The notes beneath the pieces are model-generated. The model ran no database searches, was not told where the DNA came from, and worked only from the letters and a program-made list of their open reading frames with translations. Of a DNA stretch of 64,000 nt, positions 18,982 to 28,485 are shown piece after piece. Source of the DNA: an uncultured Pelagibacteraceae bacterium (GTDB lineage: Bacteria; Pseudomonadota; Alphaproteobacteria; Pelagibacterales; Pelagibacteraceae). Location: NCBI GenBank assembly GCA_902634775.1, contig CACPLG010000006.1:6-64005 (forward strand), given 5' to 3'. Made by a program: the position numbers and the translations under genes. The stretch's first letter is position 1, and every line of letters starts with the position of its first letter.

Positions 18982-20332
18982 ATTAACAAATCCTGAGATA
19001 GCAATATTAATGATGAGTTTATTTTTATTTGCAGTCTTATTGGGCTTTCCAATTGCATTTACTCTACTAGCAATGGGAGTTGGATTTGGTTATTACGCAT
19101 ACTTCGATCCCTCAAGGATGGATCATTTACTCGATAATCGGATATTTTCTTTATTGGTCCAGAACACTTACACCATTATGGATAACACTGTTTTGACTGC
19201 AGTCCCCTTATTTTTGTTTATGGGTTATTTAGTTGAAAGAGCTGGCATAGTTGCAAAACTATTTTTTGCAATAAGACTTGCCTCTCATAGACTACCCGCA
19301 TCAATGGCTGTAGCTGCTTTAGTTACATGTGCCTTATTTTCAACAGCGACAGGTATCATTGGAGCAGTAGTAACTTTAATGGGCCTTTTAGCTTGGCCCG
19401 CAATGATTAGAGCTGGATATGACAAAAAATTTGCTTCTGGAGTAATATGCTCAGGTGGTTGTTTAGGAATTTTAATACCTCCAAGTATAATGCTTATAGT
19501 TTATGCAGTAATTGCTCAATTATCACCACTTAGACTTTTTGCTGCAGCTATATTTCCTGGTCTTATGTTGGCTGGACTTTACATTCTATATGTAATTATA
19601 AGAGCGTACTTTAACCCTTCACTTGCACCCAAACCTGCGGCAGAGGAAATCCCTCCAAGAGCAGAAATTTTAAAAGAAGTTTTAGTATCTTTCGTACCAT
19701 TGTTTTCATTAATAATTTTAGTTTTAGGAACAATTCTAGGAGGTTTAGCAACTCCTGCAGAAGCTGCGGCTGTCGGTGCGTTCGGTGCACTAGTTTTATC
19801 TTATTTTTATAAATCATTAAAATGGAAAAATTTTAAAGAGTCGGTTTTTTTAACTGCAAAAACCAGCGCTATGATTATGTGGTTATTTGTAGGATCTTGG
19901 ACATTTGCCTCAGTATTTTCATATTTAGGTGGTCACGAAGTTTTTGAACAATTTTTCAAGTCAATGGATATTCAACCCTGGCAGTTCTTAGTTATAACTC
20001 AAATAATTATATTCTTACTAGGTTGGCCATTGGAGTGGACAGAAATATTAATTATTTTTGTACCAATATTCTTGCCACTTGTAGAGTTTTTCGGTGTAAA
20101 CCCTTATTTTTTTGCAATGTTAATAGCTTTAAATTTACAGACTTCTTTTCTAACACCACCGATGGCAATGTCTGCATATTATCTAAAAGGTGTTCAAAGC
20201 AGAAACGTAGAGCTAATGCAAATTTTTAGAGGCATAATGCCTTTCCTTGCAATAGTAATTTTTGCAATGGTATTGATGTATATGTTTCCTGGGATCGCAC
20301 TTTGGTTACCTGATACGTTATTTGCAGAATAA
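18971..20332 (+). CDS. dctM: TRAP transporter large permease
   Basis: AVPLFLFMG, GCLGILIPPSI, ATPAEAAAVG, QTSFLTPP. Confidence 0.93.
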   Translation: MLFELTNPEIAILMMSLFLFAVLLGFPIAFTLLAMGVGFGYYAYFDPSRMDHLLDNRIFSLLVQNTYTIMDNTVLTAVPLFLFMGYLVERAGIVAKLFFAIRLASHRLPASMAVAALVTCALFSTATGIIGAVVTLMGLLAWPAMIRAGYDKKFASGVICSGGCLGILIPPSIMLIVYAVIAQLSPLRLFAAAIFPGLMLAGLYILYVIIRAYFNPSLAPKPAAEEIPPRAEILKEVLVSFVPLFSLIILVLGTILGGLATPAEAAAVGAFGALVLSYFYKSLKWKNFKESVFLTAKTSAMIMWLFVGSWTFASVFSYLGGHEVFEQFFKSMDIQPWQFLVITQIIIFLLGWPLEWTEILIIFVPIFLPLVEFFGVNPYFFAMLIALNLQTSFLTPPMAMSAYYLKGVQSRNVELMQIFRGIMPFLAIVIFAMVLMYMFPGIALWLPDTLFAE

Positions 20333-20337
20333 TTTTT

Positions 20338-21675
20338 ATGTCTAACGTCTTTTCATTAAAAGTATCTGAAATTGCAGATAAGATTAGAAATTCAGATTTA
20401 ACTTCTGTTGAGTTATGTAATTTGTATATCGATCAAATTAACAAGTTTGAAAAAGATGTTAAAGCTTGGGCCCATTTTGACAAAAAACTTCTTATAGAAA
20501 AAGCTGAAGAAGCAGATAATCACAGAAGGGCTGGGAAAGTAGTAGGTCCGCTTCATGGGATACCGGTTGCACTCAAAGACATTATAGGAACCTATGAAAT
20601 GCCAACTGAATGTGGAACTGTTTTAAGAAAAGGCAAGACAGAGTCACAAAACGCAGAAATAGTAGATTTGTTAAAATCAGCTGGAGCTATAGTAATGGGA
20701 AAAACTAATACCTCCGAATTAGCCTATCTTGCTCCACCGAAAACTAAAAATCCGCATGATTATTCTAGGACTCCCGGAGGATCTTCAAGTGGATCTGCTG
20801 CTGTTATAGCTTCTCATATGGCGCCATTATCTATAGGTTCTCAAACAGGGGGTTCAGTTATTAGACCAGCCTCTTATTGTGGTGTTGTAGGTTACAAACC
20901 AAGCTATGGATTAATTTCGCGTAATGGAGTTTTAAAAACCTCATATAATTTAGACCACATAGGTGTATTTGGCAGAACAGTTGAAGATGTTGCACTTCTT
21001 GCAAAGGTCTTAATCAAAAAAGACCCCTACGATAAAGCAACAATTCATTTTTCATCAGAGTTTATGTTGGAAGAATGCAAAAAAGGTCCAATGTTTGACC
21101 CTAAATTTATTTTTTATAAAACAGAGAGCTGGAAAAAAATTGATAAAAAATCAAGAGATGCATTCGAATTTTTTATCAAATCATTTAAAAAAAATATTGA
21201 AGTCTTTGATACACCTTCATATTTCAAAGATATAGACAAATATCATCGAATTATTCATGAAACTGATTTAGCTAATAATTTTCAAGTTTATTATAAAAAA
21301 TCTAAAAATAAACTTTCAAAAGAAATGCAAACTGCAATTTCAAGAGGCATGAAATATTCAGCAAAAGAATACCTTGATGCAGTAGATTTTATGGATAGAA
21401 GTTATGAGTCTTACAAGGAAGTATTTGAGGATTATCACGGAGTTTTAAGTCCATGTAGTACTGGTGTTGCTGATAAAGGCTTAAAGAGCACAGGTAGCGC
21501 AGATTTTAATAGAGTCTGGTCTTACATGCATACACCAGCTATCTCTCTACCTTTACTTCAAGGAGAAAATAATTTACCATTAGGTGTACAATTAATTGGC
21601 GACAAATATGATGATCATAGATTTTTAGGAGTTGCTAATTGGTTAGAGAAAGAAAGTAAAAAATTTAATGAATAA
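20338..21675 (+). CDS. Amidase signature family enzyme
   Basis: PLHGIPVALKD, TPGGSSSGSAA, GSQTGGSVIRPASYCG. Confidence 0.92.
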   Translation: MSNVFSLKVSEIADKIRNSDLTSVELCNLYIDQINKFEKDVKAWAHFDKKLLIEKAEEADNHRRAGKVVGPLHGIPVALKDIIGTYEMPTECGTVLRKGKTESQNAEIVDLLKSAGAIVMGKTNTSELAYLAPPKTKNPHDYSRTPGGSSSGSAAVIASHMAPLSIGSQTGGSVIRPASYCGVVGYKPSYGLISRNGVLKTSYNLDHIGVFGRTVEDVALLAKVLIKKDPYDKATIHFSSEFMLEECKKGPMFDPKFIFYKTESWKKIDKKSRDAFEFFIKSFKKNIEVFDTPSYFKDIDKYHRIIHETDLANNFQVYYKKSKNKLSKEMQTAISRGMKYSAKEYLDAVDFMDRSYESYKEVFEDYHGVLSPCSTGVADKGLKSTGSADFNRVWSYMHTPAISLPLLQGENNLPLGVQLIGDKYDDHRFLGVANWLEKESKKFNE

Positions 21676-21844
21676 AATTACAATAATAGTCGGCTTGTCT
21701 TTTGCAATCTTTTTTTTGGTTGGACTAGCAACAACATTAACTAGATCAATGATGATTGGATTTTTAGATGTATTACCAGTTTACATATTAATGGGAATAG
21801 CAATTGTAATGATGATTTACGAGTCCTTCTTTGATAAGTCCTAG
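21668..21844 (+). CDS. Small two-TM membrane protein (58 aa; not in the ORF track)
   Basis: MNKITIIVGLSFAIFFLVGLATTLTRSMMIGFLDVLPVYILMGIAIVMMIYESFFDKS*; overlaps the amidase stop and fills the gap. Confidence 0.75.
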   Translation: MNKITIIVGLSFAIFFLVGLATTLTRSMMIGFLDVLPVYILMGIAIVMMIYESFFDKS

Positions 21845-21850
21845 TAAATA

Positions 21851-22735
21851 GTGAAAAAAAAGGACTTTTTACCCTACTCATTACTTCTAATTCAACCTAT
21901 TTTTATGGCAAGCAATCTTGTGGTAGCAAGAGGTGGTGTAGAACATGTCCCACCGATTTCCTTAGCATTTTGGAGATGGTCAACAGTATTTTTCTTGCTG
22001 ATTTTATTTAATTACAAAATTTTTAGTAAAAAAAAAATATTGTTAAAAGAATATAAAGAATTATTTTTTTTAGGTCTCATGGGGTGCGGAGTCTGTGGTG
22101 CCTTCCCCTTTATAGCTGGTCAAACAACAACAATTATAAATATGGGTATAATTTATACCTCATCCCCAATTTTTATTATTTTAATTTCTTATTTCTTTTT
22201 TAAAGAAAAAATGAACTTATTTAGATTGATAGGATTATTTGCTTGCTTATTTGGGGTCTTAATCATTATCATTAAAGGCGAATACTTATCGTTGATATCT
22301 TTAAAATTTACAAAAGGAGATTTATGGATGTTAGGAGCGTCTATTGGTTGGGCACTATATTCTATATTTCTTTTTAATTGGAAATCATCTTTAAATGTTT
22401 TTGAAAGATTTACAGCCATTTCTTTTTTCGGAGCTCTAAGCTTATTACCCTTTTATATTCTTGAACAAAATTTTGTAGTTAGCACGATATTTGATATGAA
22501 ATTCTTGTTTTGGATTTTTTTTGCGGCAATATCCCCAGGAATAATTGCTTTTATTTTATACACTTATACTCAAAAGTATCTCGGGCCTACAACTACTGGA
22601 TTTACTTTATATCTATTTACAGTTTATGGTGCATTTTACGGAATTTTATTTTTTGGTGAAACCTTAGAACTATTTCACCTATATGGAACATTTCTGGTTT
22701 TTCTTGGAGTTTATCTAGTAAGAAAAAAGGCTTAG
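21851..22735 (+). CDS. DMT/EamA family transporter
   Basis: About 10 TM segments, PPISLAFWRW, duplicated EamA pattern. Confidence 0.88.
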   Translation: MKKKDFLPYSLLLIQPIFMASNLVVARGGVEHVPPISLAFWRWSTVFFLLILFNYKIFSKKKILLKEYKELFFLGLMGCGVCGAFPFIAGQTTTIINMGIIYTSSPIFIILISYFFFKEKMNLFRLIGLFACLFGVLIIIIKGEYLSLISLKFTKGDLWMLGASIGWALYSIFLFNWKSSLNVFERFTAISFFGALSLLPFYILEQNFVVSTIFDMKFLFWIFFAAISPGIIAFILYTYTQKYLGPTTTGFTLYLFTVYGAFYGILFFGETLELFHLYGTFLVFLGVYLVRKKA

Positions 22736-22736
22736 A

Positions 22737-23549
22737 ATGTTTAATAAGAAAATTATGCTTATCTTTAGTACTTTAATTGGTGTAATCACTGTTTATGTAA
22801 TTATTTGTTTAGTAATTTTTCTGTCACAGAGAAAATTATTATATCATCCTAATGAAAATAATTATTTAGATGAGAACAAACTTACACATAAGATTGAAAA
22901 AGTGTTTGTTGAGTCGGATAATAAGTTAATTGGTTGGCATCATTTAAAAGACAGGAAATATAAGACATTACTATTTTTTCATGGGAATGCAGGAAATTTA
23001 CAAAATAGAATTTACAAATTAAATGAGATAGCTGAACTAGATTTAAATTATTTAATTATTGCTTATAGAGGTTTCAGTGGGAATGAGGGAAACCCAACAG
23101 AAGAAGGTTTGTACAGTGACTCAATGGCAGCAAAAAATTGGTTAAATTCAATCAACATTGATGATAGCAATATTATTCTTTACGGAGAGTCTCTTGGTAC
23201 AGCTGTTGCAGTGGATCTTGGTTCAAAATTTTCATTTGCAGGAATTATCTTGGAATCTCCATTTACTTCAATGATTGAACTCTCTAAAATTTATTATCCT
23301 TATTTACCAGTGAATTTACTTTTGAAAGACAGATATGACTCTATTAATAAAATTGGCAAAATAACTTTCCCTAAACTCGTTATGCACGGGGATAAAGATA
23401 ACATTGTTCCATTTAGTATGGGAAAAAGAATGTTTGAAAGTTTTTCAGAACCAAAATTTAGTTATTTTAAATCAGGAGATGATCACATGATGGATTTTGA
23501 CAAAGAACTTTTAGGGAATATAAAAAATTTTATTAATAAATTGAATTAA
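22737..23549 (+). CDS. Membrane-anchored alpha/beta hydrolase (ABHD13-like)
   Basis: FFHGNAGN, YRGF, YGESLG, HGDKD, terminal His. Confidence 0.88.
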   Translation: MFNKKIMLIFSTLIGVITVYVIICLVIFLSQRKLLYHPNENNYLDENKLTHKIEKVFVESDNKLIGWHHLKDRKYKTLLFFHGNAGNLQNRIYKLNEIAELDLNYLIIAYRGFSGNEGNPTEEGLYSDSMAAKNWLNSINIDDSNIILYGESLGTAVAVDLGSKFSFAGIILESPFTSMIELSKIYYPYLPVNLLLKDRYDSINKIGKITFPKLVMHGDKDNIVPFSMGKRMFESFSEPKFSYFKSGDDHMMDFDKELLGNIKNFINKLN

Positions 23550-24470
23550 TTATTCAAAACTTAAAAAATTTTCTGCAAAAGTTTTAGCATCAAAAGATTG
23601 CAAATCGTCCTCTTTTTCACCGAGACCGATTGCAATTATTGGAAGTTTGAATTTTTTTGCTGCAGCAATTAAAATTCCCCCCTTTGCAGTTCCATCAAGT
23701 TTTGTCATGACAAGACCAGTCAAAGGGATAATGTTATTAAATTCTGTTACTTGATTTATTACATTTTGTCCTGAGGTAGCATCCAAGATTAGAACAACAT
23801 CATGAGGTGCATTGTTATCAACTTTTTTAATTACGTTTGCAATTTTTTTATATTCATCCATCAAGTTTTTCTTGTTCTGTAGTCTACCAGCCGTATCTAT
23901 CAAAACTGTATGAATTTTATTTTTTTTTGAATATTCCATTGCTTTAAAAGCAACAGACGCGGGATCACTCCCCGCATCTGATTTTATTATTTCACTTCCA
24001 ACTTTTTTTGACCAGTTTTCTAATTGATCTATTGCTGCCGCTCTAAATGTGTCGCAAGCAGCTAGGACTGTTTTGTTATTATTATTTTGAAATATTTTAG
24101 ACATCTTCCCGATTGTAGTTGTTTTTCCTACTCCGTTGACACCCGAAACTAAAATTGTTCTATCTTCATTAGATTGATCAAAAAAATTTTTATTTTCTAA
24201 GGGTTTCATTAATGAAAGAATATATTGTTTAAGAATTTTCTTAATCTCATCCAGCTTATTTTTACTTGGATCAATTCTGCTATTAGCTATTTGTTGTCTA
24301 ATTTCCGATGAAGCCTCTACACCAACGTCTGATTGAATTAAAAATTCCTCAATTTCTTCTAAAGTTTTATCGTCAATTTCTTTGTTAATTACAATGTCTT
24401 TTATTCCTTTTGAAAAATTTGATGTAGTTTTTTTTAAGCCGTCCTTAAATTTTTGAAAAATATTAATCAT
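23550..24470 (-). CDS. ftsY: SRP receptor FtsY (NG domain only)
   Basis: GVNGVGKTTT, DTFRAAA, DTAGRLQN, TKLDGTAKGG. Confidence 0.96.
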   Translation of the reverse strand: MINIFQKFKDGLKKTTSNFSKGIKDIVINKEIDDKTLEEIEEFLIQSDVGVEASSEIRQQIANSRIDPSKNKLDEIKKILKQYILSLMKPLENKNFFDQSNEDRTILVSGVNGVGKTTTIGKMSKIFQNNNNKTVLAACDTFRAAAIDQLENWSKKVGSEIIKSDAGSDPASVAFKAMEYSKKNKIHTVLIDTAGRLQNKKNLMDEYKKIANVIKKVDNNAPHDVVLILDATSGQNVINQVTEFNNIIPLTGLVMTKLDGTAKGGILIAAAKKFKLPIIAIGLGEKEDDLQSFDAKTFAENFLSFE

Positions 24471-25279
24471 AAATTTATATCAATATGTTTAATTTCTGAG
24501 ACCAAACCTTCCATAATAACGTTTCCTTGTTCATCCATATTGATTTTAATTTTTCCTAACTTAAATTCTATTTCAGTTGGAAATTTTGAAATACCATTAA
24601 TTTCACCAGCTACAGCAGTTGCGCATGCTGCGGTTCCACATGCTTTTGTAAGACCAGCCCCTCTTTCCCAGTGCAATACTTTAAAATGGTTTTTACTTTG
24701 CTCTTTTGCAAAGGTAACATTAACTTTTTCAGGAAACAATTCATGATTTTCTAAGATCGGTCCAACTTTTTCAATTTCAATCTTATCTAATTCTTTGGTG
24801 AAAAAAATAATGTGCGGATTTCCAACATTTATTGCTGTGCCTAAGAACTCAATATCACCGACCATAACTTTTATTTTTTTCGTATCTATTTTCTCACTTA
24901 GAGGTATTTGATCCCAATTAGTTTTTGGTTTTCCAATATTTGTTTGGATCAAATTATTCTTTAATATTCTAGACTCTAATTTCCCAGAAGAAGTTTCAAC
25001 AGTAATTAAGTTTTTTGAATTTTCTTTTGATAACAAACTAGCCACACATCTAGTTCCATTTCCGCATGCCGCAGATTCTGAGCCATCTGAATTTTTAAAG
25101 GTTAGAAATGCATCAAATGTATCGCTTTTATCTAAAAGAATTAGTTGATCACAACCAATATTGCCTCTGTCACAAATTTTTTTTATTTGAGAATTGCTTA
25201 GATCATAATTTTTTTCACGTTGATCAATTATGATGAAGTCATTTCCAAGTCCATCCATTTTATAAGCTTTAAAATCCAT
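24467..25279 (-). CDS. dapF: Diaminopimelate epimerase
   Basis: KMDGLGNDF, CGNGTRC, VGNPH, ERGAGLTKACGT. Confidence 0.96.
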   Translation of the reverse strand: MDFKAYKMDGLGNDFIIIDQREKNYDLSNSQIKKICDRGNIGCDQLILLDKSDTFDAFLTFKNSDGSESAACGNGTRCVASLLSKENSKNLITVETSSGKLESRILKNNLIQTNIGKPKTNWDQIPLSEKIDTKKIKVMVGDIEFLGTAINVGNPHIIFFTKELDKIEIEKVGPILENHELFPEKVNVTFAKEQSKNHFKVLHWERGAGLTKACGTAACATAVAGEINGISKFPTEIEFKLGKIKINMDEQGNVIMEGLVSEIKHIDINL

Positions 25280-25335
25280 ATAATAATACTTAACTTATTT
25301 ATTGACTTTTTGAACCTCTATTATAGTTTCTCCCA

Positions 25336-25436
25336 ACTTCCGCAAAAACAGCATTTTGCGGTGTCTTTGGAAACAAAGAGATCGACACCAGTCAGCGAGG
25401 GTTCGCCCACTGGTGCGATTGCTGCTGGAAGAAATT
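25336..25436 (+). ncRNA. ffh 5' leader structured RNA (ffh motif)
   Basis: GC-rich stretch with three hairpins: CCGCAAAA/TTTTGCGG; TCTTTG-GAAA-CAAAGA; CACCAGT-CAGCGA-GGG-TTCG-CCC-ACTGGTG. An ffh leader motif is described for Pelagibacter. Confidence 0.8.
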
Positions 25437-26795
25437 ATGTTTGAAAATTTGACAAATAAATTCGAGGGAATACTCGATACATTTAAAAAGGCACCATCAC
25501 TTAATGAAAAACAGGTTGATGAGGGTCTTAAGCTTATTAGACAAGCTTTACTAGAAGCAGATGTATCGCTTGAAGTAGTAAAAGATTTTGTAACTAAAGT
25601 TAAACCAAAATTATTAGGTAAAGAAATAATAAGATCTACAGCTCCAGGACAAATGGTTGTTAAAATTGTTCACGATGAACTTGTTTCTTTTTTAGGTGAT
25701 AGCAATCAAGAAATTAATTTAAAGTCTAATCCACCAGTAACAATAATGATGGTTGGTTTACAAGGTTCAGGAAAAACAACTACAACTGCAAAACTTTCCA
25801 AATTTTTAGAAAAAAATAATAAAAAAAAAATTATGATGGTAAGTTTAGATATTTATAGACCAGCTGCTCAAGAACAGCTTAAAATTTTAGGCGAGCAAAA
25901 TAATATTCAAACTTTGCCAGTTATAAAAGATCAAATTCCAGCTGACATTTGTAGAAGAGCTCTATCTGCAGCTAATTTAAATGGGTCTGATGTAATTATT
26001 TTTGATACCGCAGGAAGAACTCAAATAGATCTACAGATGATGTCTGAGATAAAACAAATCGAAGAAGTAATAAAACCAACTGAGACTATACTTGTTGCAG
26101 ACTCTTTAACTGGTCAAGTAGCCGCGAGTGTTGCAAAAGAATTTTCTAATACTGTAAAGGTTACTGGAATAATATTAACTCGAGCTGACGGCGATGGTAG
26201 AGGTGGAGCTGCATTAAGCATGAAACATATTGCTGATGTTCCAATTAAATTTTTAGGTATTGGAGAAAAAATAGAAAATTTTGAAAGTTTTCATCCTAAT
26301 AGAATAGCAAACAGAATTTTAGGTATGGGGGATATCGTATCTCTTGTAGAAAAAGCAGCAGACGAGATTGATGATGAAAAACTTAAAGAAACTGAAGAGA
26401 GTTTAAGGAAAGGTCAGTTTTCTTTAGAAGACTATCTTTCGCAATTAAGACAAATGAAAAAAATGGGAGGACTAGAGGGTGTGATGTCTTTTTTACCAGG
26501 AGTTTCAAAAATAAAATCTCAAATGGATCAAGCAGGTGTTGATGAAAAAATAATTACACAAAATGAAGCGGTAATACTTTCAATGACTAAAAAAGAAAGG
26601 GAAAATCCAAAAATTATCGATGGTTCAAGAAAAAAAAGAATTGCTAATGGCTCTGGAACAGACATTGCCACTATCAATAAATTGTTAAAACAATTTAAAA
26701 TGATGTCTGACATGATGAAAAAGATGTCAAAAGGAAACACTAAAAGCTTAATGGAAAAAGGAATTCCACCTGAGCTATTCAATCAACTTAAATAA
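25437..26795 (+). CDS. ffh: Signal recognition particle protein Ffh
   Basis: MFENLT start, ALLEADV, GLQGSGKTTT, DTAGR, RILGMGD, Met-rich M domain. Confidence 0.97.
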   Translation: MFENLTNKFEGILDTFKKAPSLNEKQVDEGLKLIRQALLEADVSLEVVKDFVTKVKPKLLGKEIIRSTAPGQMVVKIVHDELVSFLGDSNQEINLKSNPPVTIMMVGLQGSGKTTTTAKLSKFLEKNNKKKIMMVSLDIYRPAAQEQLKILGEQNNIQTLPVIKDQIPADICRRALSAANLNGSDVIIFDTAGRTQIDLQMMSEIKQIEEVIKPTETILVADSLTGQVAASVAKEFSNTVKVTGIILTRADGDGRGGAALSMKHIADVPIKFLGIGEKIENFESFHPNRIANRILGMGDIVSLVEKAADEIDDEKLKETEESLRKGQFSLEDYLSQLRQMKKMGGLEGVMSFLPGVSKIKSQMDQAGVDEKIITQNEAVILSMTKKERENPKIIDGSRKKRIANGSGTDIATINKLLKQFKMMSDMMKKMSKGNTKSLMEKGIPPELFNQLK

Positions 26796-26808
26796 AAAGG
26801 AGAAATAA

Positions 26809-27234
26809 ATGTTAAAGTTAAGATTATCAATGGGAGGAACAAAAAAGAGACCAGTTTATAAAATTGTGGTTGCAGACAGTAGATTTCCTAGAGATGGGAG
26901 ATTTATAGAAAAATTAGGTTTTTTTAATCCCCTAATGCCAAAAGAAAAAAAAGAAAGAGTCGGACTTCAGTCAGAAAGAATAAAATATTGGCTAAGCCAA
27001 GGAGCAAAACCGACGACAAGAGTTGCTCGATTACTTGGAGAAAATGATTTAATGGAAATGCCCAAACCGGGAAATAATCCAAACAAAGCTGTTCCGAAAA
27101 AAGACAGAAAGAAAGACTCTTCTGAAGCACCAAAAGAAGAAAAGAAAGCAGAGGCACCAAAAGAAGAAAAGAAAGCAGAGGCACCAAAAGAAGAAAAGAA
27201 AGCAGAGGCACCTAAGGAGGAGAAGAAAAAATAA
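26809..27234 (+). CDS. rpsP: 30S ribosomal protein S16 with repetitive C-terminal tail
   Basis: [36 protein letters not shown]. Confidence 0.97.
   Translation: MLKLRLSMGGTKKRPVYKIVVADSRFPRDGRFIEKLGFFNPLMPKEKKERVGLQSERIKYWLSQGAKPTTRVARLLGENDLMEMPKPGNNPNKAVPKKDRKKDSSEAPKEEKKAEAPKEEKKAEAPKEEKKAEAPKEEKKK
27124..27231 (+). repeat. 4 x 27-bp coding tandem repeat (EAPKEEKKA)
   Basis: GARGCACCAAAAGAAGAAAAGAAAGCA x3 plus one diverged copy. Confidence 0.95.
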
Positions 27235-27236
27235 TT

Positions 27237-27923
27237 ATGTTTAAGGCGAAAATTTTTACTTTGTATCCTGAATATTTCCCAGGACCTTTCGATATAGGTA
27301 TTTGTAAAAAAGCTTTTGAAAAAAAACTTTGGGATTTAAAACTTATAAACATTAGGGATTATGCAGACGATAAACACAAAACCGTTGATGATACCCCATA
27401 TGGCGGTGGTGTAGGTATGTTAATGAGACCAGATGTAGTAGCAAAATCTTTAGATGCAAATCTCGAAGAAAAAGAAACAGTTTACTATTTAACACCTAAA
27501 GGGAAAATTTTTAATCAAAATATTGCTCAGGATATTGTTAAAAAAAACAAAGTAAATATTTTATGTGGGCACTTCGAGGGAGTTGATCAACGAGTCCTAG
27601 ATTCTAGAAACGTTGAGGAGATAAGTATAGGAGACTTTATACTTTCAGGAGGAGAGATGGCATCTTTTGTTGTTTTAGACACAGTTTTAAGATTAGTTCC
27701 TGGAGTATTAGGAAACCTTAATTCCACAAAAGATGAAAGTTTTGAAAATGGACTTTTGGAGTATCCACAATATACCAAACCTCAAATATGGGAGAAATTA
27801 AGTGTTCCAGACATACTTTTATCTGGAGATCATAATAAAATTAAAAGCTGGCGTTTATCACAATCTGAGGCTATAACACGGCACCGAAGGCCTGATTTAT
27901 GGCAAAAATATAAGAAGGACTAA
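27237..27923 (+). CDS. trmD: tRNA (guanine-N1)-methyltransferase
   Basis: [40 protein letters not shown]. Confidence 0.97.
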   Translation: MFKAKIFTLYPEYFPGPFDIGICKKAFEKKLWDLKLINIRDYADDKHKTVDDTPYGGGVGMLMRPDVVAKSLDANLEEKETVYYLTPKGKIFNQNIAQDIVKKNKVNILCGHFEGVDQRVLDSRNVEEISIGDFILSGGEMASFVVLDTVLRLVPGVLGNLNSTKDESFENGLLEYPQYTKPQIWEKLSVPDILLSGDHNKIKSWRLSQSEAITRHRRPDLWQKYKKD

Positions 27924-27940
27924 AATTGCAAAATTTAAAC

Positions 27941-28474
27941 ATGAAAAATATAGAAGACATAAATAAAGCAAACGTTAAAAAAATTTCAGCTGAAAAAAAA
28001 CTTCCAGAATTTTTTCCAGGAGATATCATAAAAGTTGGTGTAAAAATTACTGAAGGAAAAAGAGATAGGATTCAGTATTTTGAAGGTGTTTGTATAGCAA
28101 AAAAAAATAGAGACTTAAATTCATCCTTTACAGTCAGAAAAATTTCTTTTGGAGAGGGTGTTGAAAGAACTTTTGCTCTTTATAGTCCGATAGTTGATAC
28201 AATCAAAGTTATTAGATCAGGTAAGGTAAGAAGAGCTAAATTATACTACTTAAGAGAGAGAACAGGAAAATCAGCTAGAATAGCCGAGAAGATTAAAAAG
28301 AAAATAGGTATTGATGTTGAGGCTAAACCTGAAGAAGTAACAGAAGAGAACGTGTTAAAGGCTACAGAACAAAAGAATATTGAGGAAAAAGCCGAAACAA
28401 AAGTCGCTGAGACACCCAAAAAACTTGAAGAGAAAAAAGAAGATAGTAAGATTTCTACTGAATTAAAAAAATAA
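27941..28474 (+). CDS. rplS: 50S ribosomal protein L19 with charged C-terminal extension (start 27926 or 27941)
   Basis: [28 protein letters not shown]. Confidence 0.96.
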   Translation: MKNIEDINKANVKKISAEKKLPEFFPGDIIKVGVKITEGKRDRIQYFEGVCIAKKNRDLNSSFTVRKISFGEGVERTFALYSPIVDTIKVIRSGKVRRAKLYYLRERTGKSARIAEKIKKKIGIDVEAKPEEVTEENVLKATEQKNIEEKAETKVAETPKKLEEKKEDSKISTELKK

Positions 28475-28485
28475 TCTTTTTTTGA

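Noticed and set aside
20338-21675. Glutamyl-tRNA amidotransferase subunit A (gatA)
   Set aside because: Has the amidase signature but lacks GatA-specific C-terminal motifs, and gatB/gatC are not adjacent.
25356-25436. 27-aa N-terminal extension of Ffh in the ORF track
   Set aside because: It is a translation of the structured RNA leader; the conserved Ffh start is MFENL at 25437.
25336-25436. Possible tRNA or SRP (4.5S) RNA gene
   Set aside because: No cloverleaf or T-loop consensus, and no canonical SRP domain IV symmetric loop around the GNRA hairpin; the position fits a cis leader.
26924-27231. 27-bp repeats as a CRISPR array, or the repetitive antisense ORF 26924-27211
   Set aside because: The repeats have no spacers, are in frame within rpsP, and no cas genes are present.
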